The translations under genes were made by a program, and so were the position numbers. From Bacteroidales bacterium (GTDB taxonomy: Bacteria > Bacteroidota > Bacteroidia > Bacteroidales > UBA12077), in NCBI GenBank assembly GCA_028282585.1, contig JANQHR010000108.1, positions 1-33,563 on the forward strand: DNA of 33,563 bases, read 5' to 3'. The notes beneath the pieces were generated by a model, which worked only from the letters and a program-made list of their open reading frames with translations, did no database searches and was not told where the DNA came from. Shown in pieces: positions 25,672 through 33,563 of the stretch. Every line of letters begins with the position of its first letter. Position 1 is the stretch's first letter.

Positions 25672-28600
25672 TTAAAATTCTTTTTCCATTGCTTTGCCTA
25701 ACTTCACATCAATTTGATGATTAATAACTGCAACTTCAACAGATTCCGGAGTAATAGTTTCTTTTGAGAATAAACTCTTAATTTTCACTCTTAAACTGTT
25801 TGACATTACTATTGCCAAAGGTTGAATTAATAATATAAACATGGTTCCGAATAATATACCGTATGCTAGTGCTATTGCCATTGGAACAAGGAATTGCGCA
25901 TCCGGACTGTTTTCTAAAATTAATGGCATTAATCCTGCTGTTGTTGTAACAGTAGTTAATAAAATTGCTCTAAACCTTGATTTTCCTGCATCAATAGCTG
26001 CTTCAAGAACTTTCATTCCTTTAACAAGATTCTGGTTATATTTAGATAGAAATACAATTGAATCATTTATAATCGTACCCGACATAGCAACGAAACCCCA
26101 CAAACTCATCATCGAAATTGGTTCGCCATGTATTCCATGTCCCCAAATAGCACCTAAAAAACCAAGTGGAATCATAACTAAGATTAAAAATCCCTGTATG
26201 AATGATTTGAAGTAAATCATGATTATTATCACTATGATTAGAAAAGCTATTCCAAAATACTTAACAATACTTCCCATTTGTTCATTAGTATCTTTTTGTT
26301 GGCCTTGGTGCATGTAAGTTATATCAGGATGTTCTTCCATTATTTCTGGTAGAATCTCTGTTTCAATAAAATCCAGGATAGGTGGGACAGCTTCACTTTG
26401 GTCTTTTAAATACGCGTTAACGCGTATTTCCGTGCGTCCATTATATCTATTGATTTTACTTAAACTTCGTTCTGTTGATAATTCAGCTAACCTTGATAAA
26501 GGATATTGCCCACTTGGTGTAGTAATCATCATGTTCTCTAACTGCCCCGTGCTTTCTCTATTATCTAGCGGATAACGAACATAAACCCAAATTTCATCTT
26601 TACCTTCTTGCATACGCTGCGCCAGGGCCCCGAAATAACCGCTTCTAACCTGCTGCATTAAAGAGTTTTGAGTTAGCCCTAACACGTAAGCTTCTGGTTT
26701 CAAGGTAATTTGAATTTCCTGGCTACCTATCTGACTATTATCCGTGATATTAAATAAAGATGGCATTTTCTCCAATTCTTCTTCCAGCTTCTTTTTAGCT
26801 TGGTTAAGTTCATCCGTATCGTAACCTAATAGACTTATAGATACCGGAGCTCCAAAACGGTTCGAAGCGCCAACAGCATATTTATATGCTTCCGGAATCT
26901 TTCCTGTTTTTTCTGATATTGCGGTTTTTATAATTTGATCGTTGACTTCGGTATCTTCCAAGGGGCTTAAAAAAACATTTATCAATCCGGCATTTGTTCC
27001 GGTTTCTGTTCCATCAAAAGCACTTCCTGTTGAAACCTGTGTGGCAGATATATAAGAAATAGTATCTCCATATTCTTCCATTAACTCTTTATTCACTTCC
27101 CAAACTTGTGTTTCGACCCAGAATAGTTTTTCTTTTGTAATTTCTTCATTGATTCCTGGTTTTAAAGCCAAATCAATACTAAACATATCAGAAGGTTGAG
27201 GAGGGAAGAAAGTAAATGGAATCTTACCTCCCAAGACTAATCCTCCTGTTAAAATTACTAATGAGGTTATAGTCGCTAAGCTTAAACCTTTATGTTTTAA
27301 AACTCTTCTAATTAAAGGAAGGTAAAGCCTGTCTCTTAAATACATTAAGAATTTATCGAGTTTATTTCTTGTTTTTCCGTAAATTGATTTTTCGTTAGTT
27401 GGCTTTAGTACTTTTGGGTTAGCCAGATGGCCTGGTAGTACAAATATTCCTTCAGCCAGAGAAAACAACAAACATATTATTACAACAAATGCCATTTCAT
27501 ACATCATTGCTAGGTTTCCTTCAATAAAGAAAAGAGGCGTAAATGCAATGATAGTGGTAGTAATGGATGTAAATACTGCCGGTAAGACTTCTAACGTTCC
27601 GTCAATTGCAGCCCGGCGTGGAGATTTACCCATCTCGAAATGAGTGAAAATGTTTTCACCTATTACAACACCGTCATCAACCAGAATGCCTATAATCAAT
27701 ATCATACCAAAAAGAGAAATGATATTGATTGTTATTCCGTATAAAGCCGCAACGATAAACATTCCTAAAAATGAAGCCGGAATACCCCATGCTACCCAAA
27801 GAGATAACCTGAAGTTTAGAAGTAAAGAAAGCATTATAATAACTAGTATGATTCCCATTAACCCGTTTTGAATAAGGATAGAAAGTTGCCCGTCGATTAT
27901 GTCCAGAAAATCGTGAAGAATTTTAATCTCAGTACCCTCATGTATTTTGTTATATTCTTTGGTATAAGCCGTAACATATTCTGAAATTTCATCTAAATCT
28001 TCATTCATTAATTTCTGAATCATAAAAGTAACACTGGGTTTTCCTTCAACGTAACTTCCATTAGGAGTTTCTTCAAATTGTAACTTAACATCCGCAACAT
28101 CGCCAACTTTTACGGTTCTACCATTCTGGTTAGTTTTTACAACTATTTCTTTAATATCATCTGGTTCAACCGAACGCTGACGGCTGATAACTTTGATTTC
28201 CTCGCGTGGATTTTTAATAGTACCTCCATGTATATCCAGATTATTTGATGCTATAGCTGACTGAATGTCACTAAAAGTAAGGTTGAATCTTCTTAATTGA
28301 GTTTCATCTATCTCAACAACTAGCTCAAGATTATTAGGTAAACCCATTACGGTGATTTGAGATATTACTCCGGAGGCTAGCAGGTCATCTTCAACACGAT
28401 TGGCCGCTTTGTTAAGTTTTAACAAATCATTATCATCCGAAGATAAAGTAATAAACATAGACATATCTTTTGTCCTGTTTTTAGAAACGATTGGTTTTTC
28501 TGCATCGGCTGGAAAATTAGAAACACCGTCTACGGCATTTTTAGTATCCGATAGCAATTCATCCATATCGTAATTACTTAAACCAATAATTGTGATTTGT

Positions 28601-28869
28601 GAGAAATTCTCGCTTGAAATGGATGAAAATTCTTTGATCCCGGGAATTCCTCTTATTGCGTCTTCAACTAAAGTTGTAACACCATTTTCCATTTCTTGAG
28701 GGGTTGCTCCGTGATAAGTAACCGTAACGGTAATTACTTTGGATTCAACCAGAGGGAAAGTAGCTTTTTTCATGGAAATCAAGGATATTGACCCAATTAA
28801 AAGCAAGACTACAATAACTACTTTTCCATAGAACGGATACTTTACAAATGCTGATAATATCTTTTTCAT
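25672..28869 (-). CDS. RND efflux permease (AcrB/AcrD/AcrF family)
   Basis: 1065 aa with two large periplasmic loops; GILVDDGVVIGENI, INDSIV and SRFRAILLTTVTT motifs. Confidence 0.95.
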   Translation of the reverse strand: MKKILSAFVKYPFYGKVVIVVLLLIGSISLISMKKATFPLVESKVITVTVTYHGATPQEMENGVTTLVEDAIRGIPGIKEFSSISSENFSQITIIGLSNYDMDELLSDTKNAVDGVSNFPADAEKPIVSKNRTKDMSMFITLSSDDNDLLKLNKAANRVEDDLLASGVISQITVMGLPNNLELVVEIDETQLRRFNLTFSDIQSAIASNNLDIHGGTIKNPREEIKVISRQRSVEPDDIKEIVVKTNQNGRTVKVGDVADVKLQFEETPNGSYVEGKPSVTFMIQKLMNEDLDEISEYVTAYTKEYNKIHEGTEIKILHDFLDIIDGQLSILIQNGLMGIILVIIMLSLLLNFRLSLWVAWGIPASFLGMFIVAALYGITINIISLFGMILIIGILVDDGVVIGENIFTHFEMGKSPRRAAIDGTLEVLPAVFTSITTTIIAFTPLFFIEGNLAMMYEMAFVVIICLLFSLAEGIFVLPGHLANPKVLKPTNEKSIYGKTRNKLDKFLMYLRDRLYLPLIRRVLKHKGLSLATITSLVILTGGLVLGGKIPFTFFPPQPSDMFSIDLALKPGINEEITKEKLFWVETQVWEVNKELMEEYGDTISYISATQVSTGSAFDGTETGTNAGLINVFLSPLEDTEVNDQIIKTAISEKTGKIPEAYKYAVGASNRFGAPVSISLLGYDTDELNQAKKKLEEELEKMPSLFNITDNSQIGSQEIQITLKPEAYVLGLTQNSLMQQVRSGYFGALAQRMQEGKDEIWVYVRYPLDNRESTGQLENMMITTPSGQYPLSRLAELSTERSLSKINRYNGRTEIRVNAYLKDQSEAVPPILDFIETEILPEIMEEHPDITYMHQGQQKDTNEQMGSIVKYFGIAFLIIVIIIMIYFKSFIQGFLILVMIPLGFLGAIWGHGIHGEPISMMSLWGFVAMSGTIINDSIVFLSKYNQNLVKGMKVLEAAIDAGKSRFRAILLTTVTTTAGLMPLILENSPDAQFLVPMAIALAYGILFGTMFILLIQPLAIVMSNSLRVKIKSLFSKETITPESVEVAVINHQIDVKLGKAMEKEF

Positions 28870-28900
28870 GATTTTATTTTTTGTGATTTGAAAAAAGAGT

Positions 28901-30016
28901 TTAAATTCTCGCTAACACTTTTGTTCCATCAGATATTTCAGCAAGGGATTCTGTTACCAGAATTTCGCCGTCATTTATTCCAGAAATTATGAAATGATCA
29001 TCCAATGCTCTTTCAATTATAATGGCACTGGATTTCAATTTTTCATCTTGTATTACAAAAACCTCATTTTCACTGTTTACGGCTTCACGAGGAATTTTTA
29101 TTCCGGAAACGTTTTTTGAAATACTAAATTCAACGTCAACAAATTCTCCTTCTAAAAATGAATTATTTCCATTAGGGTAATAGTCAATATAAACGTTGAT
29201 TGATTGAGTTGATTGATCAACAAAATCAGCAATTCTTGATACCTTACCTGATTCAATATGTGTTGAACCAATTAATTCAACGGGGTTATTTACCCTTATC
29301 CATTTAGCGTCTTCTGGCAAAACTGGGACTATAACTTCTAACTTATCGGTTCTTATAATACTCGCTAGTTCAACACCCATACTTGCGACAGCTCCAATTT
29401 CCCGGTAAACCGTTTTAAAGCTTCCATCAAATGGTGCATATATCGTGTATTTTTCTAAATTGATTTCTTGTTGTCGTAATGAATAATATTCGGTTAAAAC
29501 ACCTTTAGATGCCAAATAAATCTGTTCTTTCTCTGTTTTTATTTCAGGAAGGTTCGGTAAATCAGAATTAACTTGCACACTGTTGAAGAATTTTCTCCAT
29601 TTATTATACTCATCCGGAAAATCTACGTTTATATCAGGTAAGATTCCTGATAGTGTTCTTAAGAAGCTACTTTTACCAGACATCAATGATGCTTTCATAT
29701 CATCGTTATAAATATGAATTAGTAAATCATTCTCTTTAAATTTTTGCCCTGTTTTAAAGGGAACATCGCCCTGTATGATTTTTCCGCTAACCTCAGCCGA
29801 AAGAGAAATGTTCTCATAAGAAGATATACGCCCTCTATATTTAATATCAGAGTCGTAGTTTTGGTTTTTTGCTATTTGAGCTTTTACATTAATTAGGTTC
29901 TTAGCCTGTTCATTTTTTTGTGGAACAGGTTTACTCATGATTAACCTGCCAGTAATCATAATTGAAATAAATACGATCACAACTGCAGTGATTGTGTAAA
30001 AAACTTTTGTTTTCAT
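28901..30016 (-). CDS. RND membrane-fusion (periplasmic adaptor) protein
   Basis: N-terminal anchor, SAEVSGKI, IYAPFDG and IPREAV; first gene of the efflux operon. ATG at 30016 preferred. Confidence 0.9.
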   Translation of the reverse strand: MKTKVFYTITAVVIVFISIMITGRLIMSKPVPQKNEQAKNLINVKAQIAKNQNYDSDIKYRGRISSYENISLSAEVSGKIIQGDVPFKTGQKFKENDLLIHIYNDDMKASLMSGKSSFLRTLSGILPDINVDFPDEYNKWRKFFNSVQVNSDLPNLPEIKTEKEQIYLASKGVLTEYYSLRQQEINLEKYTIYAPFDGSFKTVYREIGAVASMGVELASIIRTDKLEVIVPVLPEDAKWIRVNNPVELIGSTHIESGKVSRIADFVDQSTQSINVYIDYYPNGNNSFLEGEFVDVEFSISKNVSGIKIPREAVNSENEVFVIQDEKLKSSAIIIERALDDHFIISGINDGEILVTESLAEISDGTKVLARI

Positions 30017-30093
30017 ATTAATAATATTTTTGATGATTATAATTTTCAATTTTGAGACAATATTAGGGTGTGATTCAACTTATTGAAAATTTA

Positions 30094-30123
30094 TTGAACC
30101 AAGCCCGGTAGTTTTTAAACCAA
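30094..30123 (-). promoter_or_regulatory. Putative LytTR binding site (9-12-9 direct repeat)
   Basis: On the minus strand TTGGTTTAA-N12-TTGGTTCAA, about 30 nt upstream of a near-consensus -7 element TAATATTG (30058-30065) and next to a LytTR regulator gene. Confidence 0.65.
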
Positions 30124-30262
30124 TTGATTTTCAATTGGAATAATGGTTTTATTTGACGATCATTCAATAAAATTGTACTTTCGTTAATGTATATGGAATG
30201 TTTGTTCAAAAAACTTGAAGTGATTGTTCAGTGAAGATAAATTTGAACAAAAAATAATTATT

Positions 30263-31276
30263 ATGGCTAGAAATTATATTACTTGGTGGTTTAAATTTAT
30301 TATATGGTTATCATTTACGATTCTCTTTTTTGCAACCGCAAGTTATTTTTCCGATTTTGGTTATGCTTTAATTGGTGGTATGATCTCGTCAGCAATAATG
30401 TTGATTATACTTTTGATAAATGAATATTGGTTATTTCCCAAATATTTTACCTTTAGTCGTAAACGGTTTATAATTATAAATTTTTCAATTGTTTTATTGT
30501 TAACGATATTTCATTTTTTCTTTGAGAAAAATTTTGTGCCAAAGAAGTTAGAGATTGAACTTGTAGATCTTCCCTTTATATTTCCTGTATTACGTTCCTT
30601 TGCAATGGTTACTTTAGGTAATTTTATTAGTATAACTATTTTATTATCAATAGAATTAAGGCGCAGGGCAGAAAGTGAGAAGTTGCTTAAAGAAGAAAAA
30701 CTAGGAACTGAGCTAAAACTTTTAAAAGCACAAATAAACCCGCATTTTATTTTTAATGCCCTAAATAATATTTATTCTTTAACATATACTAAATCGGAGG
30801 CAGCACCTGATAGTGTATTAAAGTTGTCAGGAATGCTACGCTATGTTTTTTACGATTGTAGCAGTGACCATGTAATGTTAAGTGCAGAATTGGATTATAT
30901 ATCTAATTTCATTGCATTTCAACAAATGAAATCAGAGCATGAGCAAGGTATTCAATTTAATTATGAAGGAATAAACGGAGACCTTGAAATTGCCCCGATG
31001 CTTTTTATACCTTTTATTGAAAACGCTTTCAAGTATAGTAAAATAGAAGAATATATCGATGCTTATGTGAAAATAAAATTATCAACAGAATCTGATGTAT
31101 TAAATTTTGAAATTAAAAACTCTATTCCTTACCAGGGGAAAGCATTTTCAGGTAATGGAATGGGAATTAATAATGTACGACAAAGGTTAGACTTACTATA
31201 CCCCAATAAATATCAACTTAATATTGAGGATAATGAAACGAGTTTCTTGGTAAATCTAAAAATTGAATTAAAATGA
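30263..31276 (+). CDS. LytS/YehU-type membrane sensor histidine kinase
   Basis: About four N-terminal TM helices; LKAQINPHFIFNALN, PFIENAFKY and GMGINNVRQRL. ATG at 30263 preferred. Confidence 0.92.
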   Translation: MARNYITWWFKFIIWLSFTILFFATASYFSDFGYALIGGMISSAIMLIILLINEYWLFPKYFTFSRKRFIIINFSIVLLLTIFHFFFEKNFVPKKLEIELVDLPFIFPVLRSFAMVTLGNFISITILLSIELRRRAESEKLLKEEKLGTELKLLKAQINPHFIFNALNNIYSLTYTKSEAAPDSVLKLSGMLRYVFYDCSSDHVMLSAELDYISNFIAFQQMKSEHEQGIQFNYEGINGDLEIAPMLFIPFIENAFKYSKIEEYIDAYVKIKLSTESDVLNFEIKNSIPYQGKAFSGNGMGINNVRQRLDLLYPNKYQLNIEDNETSFLVNLKIELK

Positions 31277-32001
31277 AAATCAGGTGTATAGTAATAGATG
31301 ATGAGGCTTTGGCCAGAAAATATTTAAAGGATTACATTTCTAAGGTTCCATTTTTGGAATTTATTGATGACTTTAATTCCCCTTTAAAAGCATATAATTT
31401 ACTGGAAATTGGAAAGGTTGATTTGATGTTTCTGGACATTCAAATGCCTGATATTACCGGATTGGATTTTCTAAAAAGTTTAAACCGTAAACCTTATGTT
31501 ATTTTAACAACCGCTTATAAGGAATATGCTTTGGAAGGATATGAGCATGATATTTCGGACTACCTGTTAAAACCATTTTCTTTTGAGCGTTTTTTAAAAG
31601 CGGTAAATAAAGTAAACAATCAAATGTTAAGCAAAGAAAAGAAACCTGAGCCAACTGCAAATTATAATCAAACTGATTTTCATGAGGATTACATAATTAT
31701 TCGTGCTGATAGAAAATACTACAAAATTAATTATGATGATTTGATCTTTGTTGAGGGACAAAAAGCTTACGTAACTTTCCATTCGGAAGGTAAAAAGAAT
31801 GTAACTGCTTTAGCTTCATTAAAAGAACTTGAAGAAAAACTACCAGAAAAAAAATTCATCAGAATTCACAAATCTTATATCGTTTCAGTAAAGAAAATTG
31901 ACTCTTTGGAAGGCAATATGATTGAAATTGCAGGAGAGAAATTACCTGTTGGGAAAAGTTTCAAACCAAAAGTTGCCGAACTTTTTGGATTGGATGAGTA
32001 A
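31273..32001 (+). CDS. LytTR-family response regulator
   Basis: Receiver (VIDDE, FLDIQMP, YLLKP) plus LytTR domain (FIRIHKSYIV, LPVG); ATGA overlap with the kinase stop. Confidence 0.95.
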   Translation: MKIRCIVIDDEALARKYLKDYISKVPFLEFIDDFNSPLKAYNLLEIGKVDLMFLDIQMPDITGLDFLKSLNRKPYVILTTAYKEYALEGYEHDISDYLLKPFSFERFLKAVNKVNNQMLSKEKKPEPTANYNQTDFHEDYIIIRADRKYYKINYDDLIFVEGQKAYVTFHSEGKKNVTALASLKELEEKLPEKKFIRIHKSYIVSVKKIDSLEGNMIEIAGEKLPVGKSFKPKVAELFGLDE

Positions 32002-32076
32002 ATAGAAATTAGTTGTTTCATTAAAAAATTTTATAAGTGGTTATTTCTTTATCTTTAAAGGCAAAATAACATTATT

Positions 32077-33563
32077 GTGAAATTTTTACTTGGTATAATT
32101 ATAGTTCTAGGTTTGTTTATTAAACCTATTATTGCTGTTCCCGTTAATTTGGATAGTTTAAAAACTGAGGTAAGGAAATTACCCAATGATACTTTAAAAG
32201 TTATAGAACTCGCAAAATTATCCAAGCGATTTTCTAAATATCGGGTTGATACTTCTATAATTTTAGGGTTGGAAGCTTTGGAATTATCAAGAAAATTAGC
32301 TTATCAATATGGAGAAGCTTATAGTTTATTAATCTTGGGCGTGGATCACTTAAATTCAGGAGAAAATTATAATAAATCAATAGAATATTTAAAAGCGGCT
32401 TATCAAATTTTCAATATAATTAATAATAAAGCCTACAAAGCAAGGACACTAAATATTTTGGGTGAAGTATACAGGGAAAAAGGAAATTATGATAAAGCCA
32501 TTGAGAATTATACTATTTCATTAGATGTTTCCAGAAAAATTCAGGATACGGTAATGCTTTCCGCGTTATATAATAATATTGGACTATTATATTTTGAGAT
32601 TTTCCAATATGATAAATCTGTAAAGTTTCATAACTTAAATCTGGAGCTGCTTAAAAAGATGAGAAATGAGGGAGATTTTTTTAATTGCTTTATGAATTTA
32701 GGTCTAGTTTATACTAAAATGAAAGATTATGAAAGAGCATTAGATTACTTTGGGCAAGCTTTAATTCATTTAAAAGAAAATAACTTTTATGATAAACTCC
32801 TTTTAGTTCATAATCTAGGATTAGTATATGAGAAATTAGAAAAATATAAATTAGCATTTCGTTATTATAACGATGCGGTTAACCTTGCAAAAACAATAGG
32901 TAATAAAAATAAATTGATACACTCATATCTTGGAATAGGAAATGTATTAATTGCACAAGGAGATTTTTTAGAAGGTGAGGTGTATTTACTTAGAAGTTAT
33001 GAACTAGCTGTAGAAATTGAAGACTTATCTAAACAAAAAAGATTAGTAAATAACCTTAGAATATTTTATAAAAACAGAGAAAACTACAAAGAAAGTTTAA
33101 AATATCTTGAGATTTATGATGACCTTGAAGATAGTATATTTAATATGGAATATCTTAAGCAGGTTACCCTTTTAGAACAAAGATTCGAAGCTGAGAAAAA
33201 GCAACAGCAAATAGAATTACAGGAAGCTGAAATTGAACAGCAAAACACTGTAAAAAGGGCTTTGTTAGGAGGGTTAATAGCTTTGATAATAGTTGTAGTT
33301 GTTGTAAGCTATGCTTATATCATAAAACGCAAGGCTAATGTTAAAATAAAAAAACAAAAGAATGAAATTGAGCAACAATCTGAGCATTTAAAAGAATCCA
33401 ATGTTATTTTGCAACAACAAGCTTTAAGTGCTCAAATGAACCCACATTTTATTTTTAATACCTTGAATTCTATTCAATGCTTTATTTATGAAAATAACAA
33501 AGAAGCTTCGAATAAATACCTTACCCGGTTTTCCAAATTAATGAGGCTAACACTTGATAATTC
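32077..33563 (+). CDS. TPR-repeat periplasmic sensor fused to a LytS-type histidine kinase, 3'-truncated by window edge (absent from ORF track)
   Basis: Frame from GTG 32077 begins MKFLLGIIIVLG (signal peptide); TPR-like repeats (LNILGEVY, YNNIGLLY, FMNLGLVY, VHNLGLVY); one TM helix; ALSAQMNPHFIFNTLNSIQ at 33421; no stop seen before the window end. Confidence 0.88.
   Translation, partial: MKFLLGIIIVLGLFIKPIIAVPVNLDSLKTEVRKLPNDTLKVIELAKLSKRFSKYRVDTSIILGLEALELSRKLAYQYGEAYSLLILGVDHLNSGENYNKSIEYLKAAYQIFNIINNKAYKARTLNILGEVYREKGNYDKAIENYTISLDVSRKIQDTVMLSALYNNIGLLYFEIFQYDKSVKFHNLNLELLKKMRNEGDFFNCFMNLGLVYTKMKDYERALDYFGQALIHLKENNFYDKLLLVHNLGLVYEKLEKYKLAFRYYNDAVNLAKTIGNKNKLIHSYLGIGNVLIAQGDFLEGEVYLLRSYELAVEIEDLSKQKRLVNNLRIFYKNRENYKESLKYLEIYDDLEDSIFNMEYLKQVTLLEQRFEAEKKQQQIELQEAEIEQQNTVKRALLGGLIALIIVVVVVSYAYIIKRKANVKIKKQKNEIEQQSEHLKESNVILQQQALSAQMNPHFIFNTLNSIQCFIYENNKEASNKYLTRFSKLMRLTLDN

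Noticed and set aside
1831-27871. Short ORF-track entries antisense to or overlapping long genes (e.g. 1831..2058, 2238..2480, 6449..6775, 12036..12572, 17560..17865, 23389..23685, 25512..25724, 25841..26215)
   Set aside because: Shadow frames of well-supported genes with no recognisable motifs.
1-33563. CRISPR arrays, tRNA/rRNA genes, IS elements, prophage or defence genes
   Set aside because: No repeat-spacer arrays, structural RNA signatures, transposases or integrases were seen; intergenic gaps are all under about 270 nt.

Overview
AT-rich window from a probable anaerobic Bacteroidota genome (TAnnTTTG -7 promoter elements, mostly no Shine-Dalgarno sites, TonB receptor, lipoproteins). The left 14 kb is a dense [FeFe]-hydrogenase and signalling locus with two divergent operons. 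The minus-strand operon is hfsA/hfsB(hydS)/hfsC-like: a [2Fe-2S] protein, a PAS-containing sensory hydrogenase and a PP2C phosphatase. The plus-strand operon encodes a HydABC-like trimer, a [FeFe]-hydrogenase-domain/histidine-kinase fusion, a stand-alone receiver, a receiver-kinase hybrid, Rex and a RibF. The main observation is that the HydABC copy keeps its H-cluster cysteines but has Gln at the essential proton-relay Glu (CpI E279), a remodelled H-cluster pocket and altered FMN/NADH loops in HydB, while the RibF has an eroded kinase domain. This suggests (inference) a sensory rather than catalytic HydABC wired into a phosphorelay. Rex-type operators with identical arms lie at the hydABC promoter and at a separate hydG operon that has three small ACT-like genes and no hydE/hydF. 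The rest holds an HDAC-family fragment, a VOC protein, a TonB receptor, a NitT/TauT ABC transporter, a lipoprotein serpin, a hemerythrin, an RND efflux operon with a divergent LytS/LytTR pair, two palindromic repeat elements and a truncated TPR-histidine kinase. All family and residue assignments come from reading motifs by eye; no searches or alignments were run.
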